A DNA stretch of 56,101 nt from a virus, in IMG/VR virus record IMGVR_UViG_3300045988_126896; one strand, written 5' to 3'. The notes beneath the pieces were generated by a model, which searched no databases, was not told the DNA's origin, and worked only from the letters and a program-made list of their open reading frames with translations. How positions within the stretch are numbered: the stretch's first letter is position 1; each line of letters opens with the position of its first letter. This document shows, one piece after another, positions 33,811 through 43,503 of the stretch. The position numbers and the translations under genes were made by a program.

Positions 33811-34399
33811 ATTACCGAAGAAGATTATAGTAAATCGGATACCCTACAGCGTTTGTAATTCAAATGACCCGTACAGTTATGAAGCAGACCCAGGGGTACA
33901 AGAAATCCGGGTTGCACAGGAAGCAGCACCGGCAAGAAAGCGCCAGTATTTCATGTGGGAAGTAGCACACCTTTTACTGGTGTCGGCCGGTATGTCACAG
34001 AAAGAAGCAGACAGGTACCACGCTGGCGTAGGAAGTGTCCCTAACCGCCTGGTTATTGACAATGATATGGATTTTGTGAAGGGGCGTAAGCCAGTCCCTT
34101 CCATGATCTGGATAAACGGACTTCCCTATACTATCCAGCAAGGTATCTTTAAAGAATTACAAGACGAAGACCTGGGCGGGCGTGTTACATACGACACCTT
34201 ATACATACAGATCATGGAAGACCTTAAGCCAGAGATTAAAAGCTATGTAGTCGTCCATGAGATTACCCACGCGGTACTATTCGAAGCAAACGCTGGAAAT
34301 TACGACAGTAAGGAAACGTTTGTAGAAGCCCTGGCGTGGCAGTTGCTTTATTTTTTACAGGATAACGATTTATCAATATTAAAACCAGAAGGAGAGTAA
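33803..34399 (+). CDS. HExxH zinc-metallopeptidase-like protein
   Basis: VVVHEITHAVLFE motif. Confidence 0.55.
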   Translation: MTELPKKIIVNRIPYSVCNSNDPYSYEADPGVQEIRVAQEAAPARKRQYFMWEVAHLLLVSAGMSQKEADRYHAGVGSVPNRLVIDNDMDFVKGRKPVPSMIWINGLPYTIQQGIFKELQDEDLGGRVTYDTLYIQIMEDLKPEIKSYVVVHEITHAVLFEANAGNYDSKETFVEALAWQLLYFLQDNDLSILKPEGE

Positions 34400-34403
34400 G
34401 AAC

Positions 34404-34772
34404 ATGACAAAATCAGAATTTTTAGCACAGGAAAACGTACCAGAATTTATTAAGGAAATCGTGGCGAGTATCCCGGACGACGCCGACGTAGATATTGAAG
34501 GCTTTAAGCTTGGCAGACCACCGAAAAAAGAAGGCTGTAGCTGTGGTCGTGTCCATGAAGACGGCGTAGACATTTCCCCTTACCTTGAAGGTATCGCGGA
34601 CCGCCTGGTATCATTGGTAAACCTTACAGACTGCAAAGGTCATATTGCAAGAAATGATTTAGATAAAGCTGTAGGACAAGTAGACGTCATTTCTGGAACC
34701 GTAAGCCAGTTCTATAACTTCCTTGCGAATGAACCGAAAGAGGGTAAAGGAATATGCTTACCGAAAGACTGA
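34404..34772 (+). CDS. Hypothetical protein
   Basis: RBS aaggagag; 122 aa. Confidence 0.55.
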   Translation: MTKSEFLAQENVPEFIKEIVASIPDDADVDIEGFKLGRPPKKEGCSCGRVHEDGVDISPYLEGIADRLVSLVNLTDCKGHIARNDLDKAVGQVDVISGTVSQFYNFLANEPKEGKGICLPKD

Positions 34773-34891
34773 TAGCATTACTCATTATATGTATAACCGT
34801 TGTACTAATCTGCTTAATCGGTAGTGTGTGCGACGTAATAAAGCAGAAAGGAAGTAAAGACAATGAGCGTAAAAACGACGACAGTTTATAA
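34754..34891 (+). CDS. Possible 45-aa membrane peptide
   Basis: TM-like sequence LIALLIICITVVLICLIGSV. Overlaps both neighbouring genes. Not in the ORF track. Confidence 0.3.
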   Translation: MLTERLIALLIICITVVLICLIGSVCDVIKQKGSKDNERKNDDSL

Positions 34892-35186
34892 CTGTGACTA
34901 TTGCCAGAAGCAGCTACCGGACGATTACGCCACCACGAACGGCGAAGGTAAAGGCTACTATGTAAAGAAAGCCCACGACACTATCCCACTGGATACACCC
35001 ATAGCCGGGTGTACCGGTATCGTGGTAGAGGTAACTTTAGGAACCCCGAAGGACGACCACCACTTTACAGACCTTTGCGACGACTGCCGCCTTAAATTCC
35101 TTAAGATGGCTGTAGAACACCTGGAACGTAAAGTAGCCGCAGAGAAAGAAGGTCTTAACAATGATGGCGAAGAAACCGACGTATAA
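34863..35186 (+). CDS. Zinc-finger protein (CDYC...CDDC)
   Basis: RBS aaaggaag; two CxxC pairs. Confidence 0.6.
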   Translation: MSVKTTTVYNCDYCQKQLPDDYATTNGEGKGYYVKKAHDTIPLDTPIAGCTGIVVEVTLGTPKDDHHFTDLCDDCRLKFLKMAVEHLERKVAAEKEGLNNDGEETDV

Positions 35187-35322
35187 TCAGAAGAAATTTT
35201 TAAAGGCGAACCGACTGGACCCCCTTAACTGGTTAGTACAGAAAGATACCCCGGAGTTTATGCAGATCATTCATAAGTATTCTGGCACCGTCCGCAAGAT
35301 TAAAAAGAAGGTGGCTGTATGA
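35161..35322 (+). CDS. 53-aa protein resembling the DUF6906-type small phage/ICE proteins
   Basis: KKFLKANRLDPLNWLVQKDTPEFMQIIHKYSGTVRKI pattern. Not in the ORF track because it is under 60 aa. Confidence 0.45.
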   Translation: MMAKKPTYNQKKFLKANRLDPLNWLVQKDTPEFMQIIHKYSGTVRKIKKKVAV

Positions 35323-35489
35323 CATTATTTGAGCTTTTCAGTATTGTGCTTATGGGGATTATTGCGTTATTCGGAATTTGTATAATTTTGGGTCTTATCC
35401 TGGTCGGCGTTATCATTATCAATTATTTCAGATGGCGACACCAGGAGAAAAAGGCAGCCAGAAAGCGGGGGCAGAATGGGGAAACGTAA
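35319..35489 (+). CDS. 56-aa membrane protein
   Basis: ATGA overlap. One long TM segment, then a basic tail. Confidence 0.45.
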   Translation: MTLFELFSIVLMGIIALFGICIILGLILVGVIIINYFRWRHQEKKAARKRGQNGET

Positions 35490-35862
35490 GTATTATTTTC
35501 CACCTAAGGCAGAAAAGAAGCCTATCACGATAAGCGACGACGTAAAAGAGGAACTAAAGAAACTGGCGGATAAGTACGCCGACGACGCTATAAAGGAACG
35601 GCAGACCGAAGACTTGGACAACTACATAGCGTTTACACTGGAAGCCTTAAGACGCCTGGGGTGGACCGGAAAAGTACGCCTTAACCGCTTTCTATCGGTA
35701 CTTACCACGGTAAGCGAAGAAGCCGCAAACGCCGACGACCCACCGGCATACGCGAACCAGATAAAGGAACGTTTTAAGAAGATCGGCGTTAAAGCGTTCA
35801 CTAAAAACGACGACGCAACCCCACAGCTGGAAGACCACGTAGAAAGGAACGACGACAAATGA
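35476..35862 (+). CDS. Hypothetical protein
   Basis: 128 aa, coupled chain. Confidence 0.6.
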   Translation: MGKRKYYFPPKAEKKPITISDDVKEELKKLADKYADDAIKERQTEDLDNYIAFTLEALRRLGWTGKVRLNRFLSVLTTVSEEAANADDPPAYANQIKERFKKIGVKAFTKNDDATPQLEDHVERNDDK

Positions 35863-36191
35863 AGCTGTATGTATTTTATTTTTCAAGAGTAACGAAGGAA
35901 GTAGTAAGGGACGAAGTAGAGGTAGAAGACAAGCCGAAGTCTTACAAGACGCCAGCCGGGTACTGCTTACCGTACTTAGAGGTATCGAAGTTCTTAAAGG
36001 CGGATACCGATAAAATTTACCACGACGCCTACGTTTCAGAGAACAGCGACTTTAAAAAGGCGGTAGTCGCTTTCCGTAAATACTTCGCAGAGAAGCATAG
36101 AAAAGCGAAAGCCGAAATGGAGAAGTACGACGACTTTTACCGTAGCTGCTTTAAGTATACTACGCCGACAGGTACCGTTATGGTTCCGTAA
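35859..36191 (+). CDS. Hypothetical protein
   Basis: ATGA overlap. Confidence 0.55.
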   Translation: MKLYVFYFSRVTKEVVRDEVEVEDKPKSYKTPAGYCLPYLEVSKFLKADTDKIYHDAYVSENSDFKKAVVAFRKYFAEKHRKAKAEMEKYDDFYRSCFKYTTPTGTVMVP

Positions 36192-36203
36192 GAGGTGGAA
36201 AGC

Positions 36204-36404
36204 ATGAGTAAAGAAGAATTTATAGCCCTTATCGGGCAAGACGTTGTAGTAGACTATAATTTTTGTGGAGAACTGCAACAGTGGAGCATGAAAAACTTTA
36301 GTATCAAAGATGGAGTTATCCGACATAACAGACTGCCGCTTATCATGGACGTTTTCATAAAGGGCGCCCATAACCCACATAAGGGAGAAGCGACACACGG
36401 GTAA
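36204..36404 (+). CDS. Hypothetical protein
   Basis: ATG at 36204 follows RBS aagaggtgg. Confidence 0.5.
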   Translation: MSKEEFIALIGQDVVVDYNFCGELQQWSMKNFSIKDGVIRHNRLPLIMDVFIKGAHNPHKGEATHG

Positions 36405-36427
36405 CCGATCGGAAAGGAACCGGTAAT

Positions 36428-36793
36428 ATGAAAGCAAAAGAAAACCCGTTAAACCAGAGCGTAACAGGTAACCCGTATTATGATTATCTGATACACGAAG
36501 TCCAGGTAGTATGTAACTGTCCGACAGATAAGGCTATGGCGATCGTAAGCTATGTAAATAGTCTGGGTAGTAGTCCGATTGACTTTATAAGAAAGCTGCC
36601 GGACTACGTAGGTAATCCCCACCCGGACGCCGACGAAGTGCTACAGGCGTTAGAGAATATCAGAGAAGACCACGGCGTACAAAGATATGGTATCTGTTTC
36701 CCGGAAGGTTATGCAAACCGAAAGGAAAGACGCCGCCAGGAAAAGGAAGCACGTAGACAGGCCAGAAAGGAACTGTTGCAGTATGGAAGATAA
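36428..36793 (+). CDS. Hypothetical protein
   Basis: RBS aaaggaac; 121 aa. Confidence 0.55.
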   Translation: MKAKENPLNQSVTGNPYYDYLIHEVQVVCNCPTDKAMAIVSYVNSLGSSPIDFIRKLPDYVGNPHPDADEVLQALENIREDHGVQRYGICFPEGYANRKERRRQEKEARRQARKELLQYGR

Positions 36794-37049
36794 CACACGC
36801 AAGGTAGAAGCTGTAATTAAAGGTGTTACCGCAGATCGTAAGCAGCTGATCTTAAGTATCGGTAATGTGGAAATGACCGCGACCCGAAACTTTACCGGTC
36901 TGTTTACGGCTACTGACCTTCGTAGCATTGTGGGGGAACCAGACAAAGAAGTAAAGATACCCGTGTTAAGTCTTTCGACCCAGGAAGTCAAGGGCTTTAA
37001 GGTTCCGGCGTTCGTGCAGAGTGATACGCTGAAAATCACGAAGCTGTAG
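36783..37049 (+). CDS. Hypothetical protein
   Basis: ATG at 36783 overlaps the upstream gene end. The upstream part of the track ORF (from 36687) overlaps that gene out of frame. Confidence 0.5.
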   Translation: MEDNTRKVEAVIKGVTADRKQLILSIGNVEMTATRNFTGLFTATDLRSIVGEPDKEVKIPVLSLSTQEVKGFKVPAFVQSDTLKITKL

Positions 37050-37139
37050 GTACAGCGAAGAACGTAGAAGGCAGAGCGTAGAGCGAAGACCAGAGAACGT
37101 AACAGGTAAGGCGCGGTTCGTAAACGAATGGGAAGGGAA

Positions 37140-37347
37140 TACAGCCCAAAAGAAAAGAATTGTCTAATATTACTATATTATATACATACTACTATATACA
37201 TAATTATATATAATATCTAATATAATAGTTATTATATAATATATACAGTATTTATTTTTCTTTGGGGGTACTTGTTTTTCTTACTCATTTTACCATTCAT
37301 TTTTGAGTGGGTTTTCTATACCCCCTTATTATAATTTAAAAATTTTT
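37140..37347 (+). repeat. Copy 2 of the approx 207-bp non-coding element
   Basis: See 13058-13264. Hairpin arms gggggta (37264-37270) and taccccc (37319-37325). Lies directly upstream of the late-regulator gene. Confidence 0.85.
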
Positions 37348-37376
37348 ATTATATATTTTTCAGATAGGTACAAGCT

Positions 37377-37718
37377 ATGGGACAGGAAATTATAGGTAGG
37401 CGGACTATCCGCCGTTGGTTAGATAACTGGGAGCATATACAAAGGCGTGAGCCTATGGAAGACCAGGTAAAGGTTAATAGTGGCTGTAAGCCCGCGGACG
37501 GAATTACAAACGGTATGCTTAACAAGATCATGCTGGAAATGGCTTACGACCGCTTACCCCTTGAACTTAGGCGGGTTGCTTACTATCGCTGGGTTATCAA
37601 AGGACAGTACAGTTTATTGCAGACGTTGACTATCTTAGGTCTTACAAAAGACCAGTATTACTACCGTTGCGATCAAGTGGTTAATTCTGTTTTTGAGTTT
37701 GTCAATGGGTATAAATAA
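37377..37718 (+). CDS. Late-gene transcriptional activator, sigma-70 region-4-like (ArpU/RinA class)
   Basis: C-terminal sequence LPLELRRVAYYRWVIKGQYSLLQTLTILGLTKDQYYYRCDQVV. Positioned just before the packaging genes. Confidence 0.65.
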   Translation: MGQEIIGRRTIRRWLDNWEHIQRREPMEDQVKVNSGCKPADGITNGMLNKIMLEMAYDRLPLELRRVAYYRWVIKGQYSLLQTLTILGLTKDQYYYRCDQVVNSVFEFVNGYK

Positions 37719-37772
37719 TTTCAGTAGTTTTCTGTAAGACAAAACTAGGCTTGTATTTATTCCGAAAATCTT

Positions 37773-37798
37773 ATATAATAGCATTACAATGCTATTAT
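37773..37798. promoter_or_regulatory. 26-bp perfect palindrome tataatagcatt-ac-aatgctattata
   Basis: Read directly. Lies in the intergenic region between the late regulator and the terS-position gene. Confidence 0.8.
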
Positions 37799-37809
37799 AA
37801 TGTACAAAT

Positions 37810-37853
37810 TAAGGGATAGGGAAACCCGGATTTTCTGGGACCTGTCCCTTTTT
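37810..37853 (+). terminator. Terminator-like hairpin upstream of the packaging genes
   Basis: aagggatag...ctgtccctt with an inner cccgg/ctggg stem, then ttttt. Confidence 0.5.
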
Positions 37854-37908
37854 CTCACGCTGAAACGTCGATTTTCCGAACGACGACACAAAAAAGGGGG
37901 TAAAGTCA

Positions 37909-38667
37909 GTGGCAACTACAAAAAAAGTGCAGTTACCGGAAGGCTTCGACCCTTACGATATGCGTCTTAAACGCCAGTTTTCAGACCAGGCGGATAAAAT
38001 GAACGTAATAGCTTTGTCCAGGAAAAACTATAACCTTTGTTGCGGCGCCATGCACAACGGACAGCCTTGTAAGAATCCGGCGGGCATGGGAACACCACAT
38101 AAAGGCTATGGCCGGTGTAAGATACACGGCGGGCTTGCTACAGGTCCGAAGACAGCGGAAGGACGCGCCAGACAAATAGCAGCTTCCACAAAACACGGTC
38201 TTTTTTCTAAGGTACTGCTTCCAGAGGAAGAAAGCATTTTAGAAAGCATTAACCAGGAAGAAGAATTTAACGCCCTGGATATGATGATAAAAGTACAGAC
38301 CGTTAAGATCGTAAGCTATCTACAGAAGCATAAAGACCGGTTTGTAAAAGACCGTGATCTGGAAGGCGAAGAAGTGGCTTACAGAAAATCTAGGGTTATA
38401 TGTCGTGAAGGTGACGGTATGAAGACTTTCTACCATGCCGGAACGATTGAAGATAACGCCTTAGATCGTGCTATGAACACCTTACGGCGTCTGATCGGAC
38501 AGAAACACCTTATAGAAGGCAAGGACGACGGACCAGACGACATTATGGCTTCTCTTAATGCAGAGTTAAGAGCAGCGTCTAAAGGTGAAGTCTACGTGTC
38601 CTGGGGTGGACAAGCGCAAAGTAAGGGAAATAACGAAGATCATACACAAAAAGAACAGGAAACGTAG
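37909..38667 (+). CDS. Putative terminase small subunit
   Basis: Position upstream of terL. Cys-rich motif CKNPAGMGTPHKGYGRCKIHGGLATGPKTAEG. GTG start follows RBS aaaaggggg. Confidence 0.5.
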   Translation: MATTKKVQLPEGFDPYDMRLKRQFSDQADKMNVIALSRKNYNLCCGAMHNGQPCKNPAGMGTPHKGYGRCKIHGGLATGPKTAEGRARQIAASTKHGLFSKVLLPEEESILESINQEEEFNALDMMIKVQTVKIVSYLQKHKDRFVKDRDLEGEEVAYRKSRVICREGDGMKTFYHAGTIEDNALDRAMNTLRRLIGQKHLIEGKDDGPDDIMASLNAELRAASKGEVYVSWGGQAQSKGNNEDHTQKEQET

Positions 38668-38684
38668 TAAAAACTGTAGTAAAA
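38664..38684 (+). repeat. GTAGTAAAA cluster 3 (2 copies)
   Basis: gtagtaaaaactgtagtaaaa, identical to 13011-13031. Overlaps the stop of the 37909 ORF. Confidence 0.9.
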
Positions 38685-38740
38685 AGCCTTGTTACAGGTT
38701 TTCTGATAACCAGAAACCATGTAAACACAGGGCTTTTTCT
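38683..38740 (+). terminator. Long imperfect hairpin plus T-run
   Basis: aaagccttgt...acagggcttt with an inner ggtttctg/cagaaacc stem, then tttttct. Confidence 0.45.
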
Positions 38741-38793
38741 TGTATTTATGAGAAACTACGACTTTTTTACTTAGAATATGGGGTGTAAATATT

Positions 38794-38988
38794 ATGGCAG
38801 AAGAGAATAAAAGCTGTAGGGGTTGCGTCTGTTTGACTTGCCAGTACAGCGAACAGAACGGGGACTTTAACCGGTGTCCGTTTAAGTCGTGTCGCTTATG
38901 TACAGATACAGTACATCATATCCGTAGCATATGCGATAAAGGCGTACAGCTGCCTAAGAAAGCAGATTACGCGGACTTCGTGCTATGA
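38794..38988 (+). CDS. Cys-rich small protein
   Basis: Ten Cys in 64 aa (CRGCVCLTCQ...CPFKSCRLC). Stop overlaps the terL start. Confidence 0.5.
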   Translation: MAEENKSCRGCVCLTCQYSEQNGDFNRCPFKSCRLCTDTVHHIRSICDKGVQLPKKADYADFVL

Positions 38989-40691
38989 CATACGAATATC
39001 AGACAGAATTTACTTACGTGGCAGACACGGACCCCTTGACCGGCGCCCCAGTAATGACGGCGATACCCCAGACCGTCCGGGCAGCGAAACAAGGGATACC
39101 ATACAACGTACTTAGTAACTTCGGTGATCTGTTTAAGAGGGAGAACCTACGGGAAGCGTGGCGGCTTCTTCGTAAAAATGACCCTTTCGACTACCAGATA
39201 CAGGTAGCCGACGCTATTCTTTATAGCTGCTTAAATGGGTTGGGCTGGTACTTCGTGGTACAGATCACACGACAGGCTGGTAAGAATGAGATTAGCGCCT
39301 TCTTACAACACTATTTACTGCTGTATGGCTGGTACTTCGGTGTACCTGTATCGGGCGTAAAATTCGCCCCGGTATACAAGCCACAGATACAAGCGTCTAT
39401 GGACCGTCTGGAAGGCGCCCCAACGCTGGACAGTGGCGGGCTTGCCGGTAGCGTGATAACGTCCGGTCAAGCGAAGGTGGACGGCCAGCCTTGCAAGTAC
39501 AGTAAATCAGATGGCTATAAATTCCATATCGGACCGCCCCGCGATAGTAATAAATGGGCGTTCCTGTCCATTAACCCTACAGCTAACGTTGCGTCCCAGA
39601 CAGCCTATACACTACTGGAAGGCGACGAAAGCCAGGACATAGACGCCGATAAGTGGGAGCGTGACGCCCAGCCTATGGGTTCGTTTAACAATGCTACTAC
39701 GGTGCTGTGGGGTGTAGCCTGGACAAAGGACAGCTTTATCTATCGTGGCGAACTGATGGCCCACGATATGGAAGATCGCTTAGAAAAGGAACTGGGGTAC
39801 CGGCCGAAGTTGGTATTTAAGATAGACGCCTACGCGGTTATCGCTTCCGGTAATACGAACTACAAGAAAGCGTTTGATAACCAGGTAGCCCGTCTGGGAA
39901 TGGACCACATAGCCATACAGACACAGTACCTTCTTAAAGCTGTAGACGCTATTGGTCGTTTCTTTTCCGCGGAAGGCGTAGCCCGTATGTATTCCGGCGG
40001 TTTTGAAATGCAAGTAGAACCAGTTAAGGGACATAAGTACATATGGGCGTGTGACGTAGCCGGACAGGAGGAAGAAACCACGGACGTAGAAGCGTCTGTA
40101 GGTATTCATAAGCGCGACGCCCTTACGTTTATCGTCGGCGACCTTTTACGGGACGGTACAGTAGTTCCGATCTGCTTGTATCAGTGGGTCGGAAAACAGC
40201 ACAGCAAAGTAAGGGATATGTTACCGAAAATCATACGTTACTGGGGTGCTATTGGTGGGGTATGTGACGGTACCGGAATCGGTGAACCGTTGGCGTACCA
40301 CCTTAAAGAGTTATTCGACAGGAATAACGACGGACTGGTAGAAGCCTATAAGTTTAAGGCAGCCGGTGACGAAAGTAAATCTAAGCTGGGTTATCTGGCT
40401 TACGATTTTAACCATAACGATTTAATCAAAGTTCCGAAGGCACCGGAAGACCCGGACCAGCTGGAACTATGGAAGGAACTACGGTGGCAAGTGGAACACC
40501 TTACAAGGGAAGCCAAACGTCAGCAAACAATAAATTTTTATGTCCCAGCGAACGCCGAACCACGTAAACCGGGACACGTTCCACACGACGACTTAGTAAT
40601 GGCCCTATTCTTGCTTATGAGGGCCGCACGAAACATAGACCCGAACACTGGCAAGGCTACAGCCTTTGACCGTGAAAAGTCGGGAGTATAG
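38985..40691 (+). CDS. terL: Terminase large subunit
   Basis: 568 aa, directly upstream of the portal gene. Walker-A-like QITRQAGKNE, acidic LLEGDESQD, and a C-terminal nuclease-like region. Confidence 0.75.
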   Translation: MTYEYQTEFTYVADTDPLTGAPVMTAIPQTVRAAKQGIPYNVLSNFGDLFKRENLREAWRLLRKNDPFDYQIQVADAILYSCLNGLGWYFVVQITRQAGKNEISAFLQHYLLLYGWYFGVPVSGVKFAPVYKPQIQASMDRLEGAPTLDSGGLAGSVITSGQAKVDGQPCKYSKSDGYKFHIGPPRDSNKWAFLSINPTANVASQTAYTLLEGDESQDIDADKWERDAQPMGSFNNATTVLWGVAWTKDSFIYRGELMAHDMEDRLEKELGYRPKLVFKIDAYAVIASGNTNYKKAFDNQVARLGMDHIAIQTQYLLKAVDAIGRFFSAEGVARMYSGGFEMQVEPVKGHKYIWACDVAGQEEETTDVEASVGIHKRDALTFIVGDLLRDGTVVPICLYQWVGKQHSKVRDMLPKIIRYWGAIGGVCDGTGIGEPLAYHLKELFDRNNDGLVEAYKFKAAGDESKSKLGYLAYDFNHNDLIKVPKAPEDPDQLELWKELRWQVEHLTREAKRQQTINFYVPANAEPRKPGHVPHDDLVMALFLLMRAARNIDPNTGKATAFDREKSGV

Positions 40692-40706
40692 AAAGGGGGT
40701 AATAGC

Positions 40707-42338
40707 ATGGCGGTATCTTCGTACATTCCGCAGACATTGGCAGAAATGAAAAAAGTAAACCAGGTGACCGCGGAACGTTGGATTAAAGATAACGCTTCCT
40801 GGGTCGCGGCTATGGTGGCAAAACATGACAGCTGGATAAAGGATAACGCTGTAGACTTGTACCAGGCAGCCTATGACGGTGAACTGGACGAAATCGAACA
40901 GCGCGACAAGGCTAGGGACGGCGGTACAGAAAATAAGCTGGTTTCTAACTATGTCCAGATTATCATAGATACGCTTGTGGACTATATGCTAGGTAAGTCC
41001 CCTATCTATACAGTCGAAGACCCGGACCAGGACGACGAAGAAATAGAAGAACGTGAGATTATCACGGAATACCGTAAAAAAGTTATGAAGCTGCTAAAGG
41101 ATAAGGCACAAGGGGAGTTTTCCGACTTGTTACGCGATATGTGTATAGGTGGCTTCGGTTCTATTATCGTATGGGTAGACGAAAAAGGTAATATTGATTA
41201 CAGCGAATACCCGATACAGGAGATCATACCGATTTACGACGGCAGAAAGAGGTTAAGGCTTCTTTTTCGGCGTTATGAAGTAGGAGTATGGGAAAATGGT
41301 AGCGAAACCACGAAAACAAAAGTAGAGGTTTACGACGATCGTTACGTTACTTACTATACCGGTGACAGTATGGAAAGCCTACACCTGGACGAAGCCGAAG
41401 CGAAGACCGGGAACCCGATAGAGCATAAGGCCGGCCGTATCCCGGTTGTGGTCTGCCAGAACCAGCTACCGGCGAAATACAGCGAACGTGTGAAGGGATA
41501 CGGTAAGTCTGATCTTGCCTACGGTGTCGTTCCACTTGCTGTAGCTTACTGCCACGGTTTAAGCGATAAAGCGAACCTTATGGAGTACCTACAAGATCAG
41601 TATTTATGCTTAACTGGTGTAGATGTAGATGAAAACGAAGTTCTGAAAATGCGAAAGGCCCGCGCCCTGGCACTTAAGGACAAGGATAGTAAGGCCAGCT
41701 TTATAGCCCAGTCACAGGACGACAACGCCGTAGAAAATGGTCTTACTAGAACGAAAAACGACATTATGGACACGACCAACACCCCACGACTGGCAGAGTT
41801 AAACGGGGCGACGGCTACAGAAATCAAAATGAAATACGCCGGTCTTGATATTAAGGCCGGTAAGAAGGAACCGCTTCTTATACAGGCGTTCCGTAGCTTC
41901 TTCGCGATCATTACGGACCTTTTGAATGTTCAAAAGCTGTATGCTGCCGGTACGGTTTCTGGTGTGTATGAAACAATCACTACCCCGGAACTGATCGAAG
42001 CCAGGGACGACCTGTACCAGTCTGAATGGCTGGAAGTTACGATAAGCCGGAATCTTCCACAGAATAACAAAGAGATCGCCGACATTGTGGCAGAACTAGC
42101 GGACATTGTGCCAGATAGTTATTTGTATGAACTGTTATGGTTTATCGACGACCCACAGAAAGCACTTGAAGAAATGAGAGCGCAGAAAGAGGAAAGCCAA
42201 CAGACAAGCCTTACAAATAGTCTTGCAGCTATTGGATATGGGGCGGATAACCTGGGGGATACCGGCGGCGACCCGGATAACCCAGACGATCAGCAGAACA
42301 GCGCTACAGGTTCCACGATCACACAGCCGCCAGAATAG
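40707..42338 (+). CDS. Portal protein (SPP1 gp6-like class)
   Basis: 543 aa, between terL and the MuF-like gene. Acidic C-terminus. Confidence 0.75.
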   Translation: MAVSSYIPQTLAEMKKVNQVTAERWIKDNASWVAAMVAKHDSWIKDNAVDLYQAAYDGELDEIEQRDKARDGGTENKLVSNYVQIIIDTLVDYMLGKSPIYTVEDPDQDDEEIEEREIITEYRKKVMKLLKDKAQGEFSDLLRDMCIGGFGSIIVWVDEKGNIDYSEYPIQEIIPIYDGRKRLRLLFRRYEVGVWENGSETTKTKVEVYDDRYVTYYTGDSMESLHLDEAEAKTGNPIEHKAGRIPVVVCQNQLPAKYSERVKGYGKSDLAYGVVPLAVAYCHGLSDKANLMEYLQDQYLCLTGVDVDENEVLKMRKARALALKDKDSKASFIAQSQDDNAVENGLTRTKNDIMDTTNTPRLAELNGATATEIKMKYAGLDIKAGKKEPLLIQAFRSFFAIITDLLNVQKLYAAGTVSGVYETITTPELIEARDDLYQSEWLEVTISRNLPQNNKEIADIVAELADIVPDSYLYELLWFIDDPQKALEEMRAQKEESQQTSLTNSLAAIGYGADNLGDTGGDPDNPDDQQNSATGSTITQPPE

Positions 42339-42348
42339 GGGGTAGCGT

Positions 42349-43452
42349 ATGGCGTGGATAAGTGAAGCCCAAAAGCACTACGAAGAATACGTAGACTACT
42401 ACGCTTCCCTTTTGGAAGATTACGTAGACAATCACATTCTTGAACTTGCCCCGGCATACGGGCAGTTACAGGAAGCAGCTGTAGCTTATCTGGAAGAAGT
42501 CACTAAAAAATATGTAAATGAACAGAACCCGGACTTCGTGCCTACCAGACGGTGGGCGAAAAAGATACAGGAAGAATACCTTACGAAGATTATACCGGAA
42601 TTGAATTTACTAAACGCAAAACTACAGCCGTTTGCTACGTCTGTGATATGCGGAACTGTTTTTTATGGGGCAAATACTACAGCGTATATTTTGGAACAGG
42701 CCGCGAAGTGTGCGGTAACTGTACCGAACCTTACGGCTTCTGGCGTATTGGGTATTATAGCTAACCCGTGGTTACCGGATAAAAAAACCTATAGCGATCG
42801 TATACGTACCAGCGTTTCCCTTGTGGCTTCTAAGAGCGAAGAAGTCGTAAAAGAACTGGTTACAAAGAAAATGCAGTATAGCGACGCCGCTAAGAAACTT
42901 TCACAGGGAATACAGGAAAGCTACTACAATGCTTCCCGTATTATCCGTACAGAAATGACTAGGGCGAACGCTTTAGGAACTTCCTACAGCCTTATGGAAA
43001 ATGCGGATATTGTAGACGGTAAGTATAGGGACGCCACTTTTGATAGTAAGACGTCTGCTTATTGTGCAGCAGACGCCGACTACAGTAAAAGAAACCCCTA
43101 TGATCTGGATTATGATACACCTATGAACCCAGGGTTACCCGGAAGACGTATACCGAACCACCCACATTGTCGCTGTAGATGGGTGGCTATCCTTTCCGGT
43201 TTAGGCATTAAGTACAGACAGAAAGCCGCTTTAGATCAATACGGCGACCTCTATTACACGAAAGCCACCAGTTATGACGAATACGCGAAAGAAGTAGGGC
43301 TTCCGTCGGTAAAAGACATGGTAAACGCGGATAATCCGAAGAAATACTTAAGACCAGGGGAAACGCTGGCAGACCTTAACCGACAGGTAGTACGGAAACG
43401 CTTTAACGGGCAGATCATAACCGTACCTTTAGGTCTTGATATTCATAATTGA
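42349..43452 (+). CDS. Minor head protein, Mu F / SPP1 gp7 family
   Basis: RIIRTEMTRANALG and NHPHCRCRW motifs. Confidence 0.8.
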   Translation: MAWISEAQKHYEEYVDYYASLLEDYVDNHILELAPAYGQLQEAAVAYLEEVTKKYVNEQNPDFVPTRRWAKKIQEEYLTKIIPELNLLNAKLQPFATSVICGTVFYGANTTAYILEQAAKCAVTVPNLTASGVLGIIANPWLPDKKTYSDRIRTSVSLVASKSEEVVKELVTKKMQYSDAAKKLSQGIQESYYNASRIIRTEMTRANALGTSYSLMENADIVDGKYRDATFDSKTSAYCAADADYSKRNPYDLDYDTPMNPGLPGRRIPNHPHCRCRWVAILSGLGIKYRQKAALDQYGDLYYTKATSYDEYAKEVGLPSVKDMVNADNPKKYLRPGETLADLNRQVVRKRFNGQIITVPLGLDIHN

Positions 43453-43503
43453 TTATAGGGCGTAAGCCTTTATAATACCGACGCGGCGGATACCGCGGAT
43501 ATG

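Noticed and set aside
36036-37039. Minus-strand ORFs 36036-36437 and 36650-37039.
   Set aside because: They are antisense to a chain of translationally coupled + strand genes. The whole early-to-late region shows no other minus-strand transcription signals.
37050-37140. Purine-rich stretch with ggttcgtaaacgaa, considered as a tRNA or ncRNA.
   Set aside because: No acceptor or anticodon stem arrangement could be built by eye. It contains only loose repeats of agcgaaga and gaacgta. No tRNA-like cloverleaf was found here or in the other intergenic gaps.
38585-38788. 67-aa + strand ORF overlapping the end of the terS-position gene and the hairpin.
   Set aside because: It is out of frame with 37909-38667 and runs through the terminator-like hairpin. 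It has no RBS.
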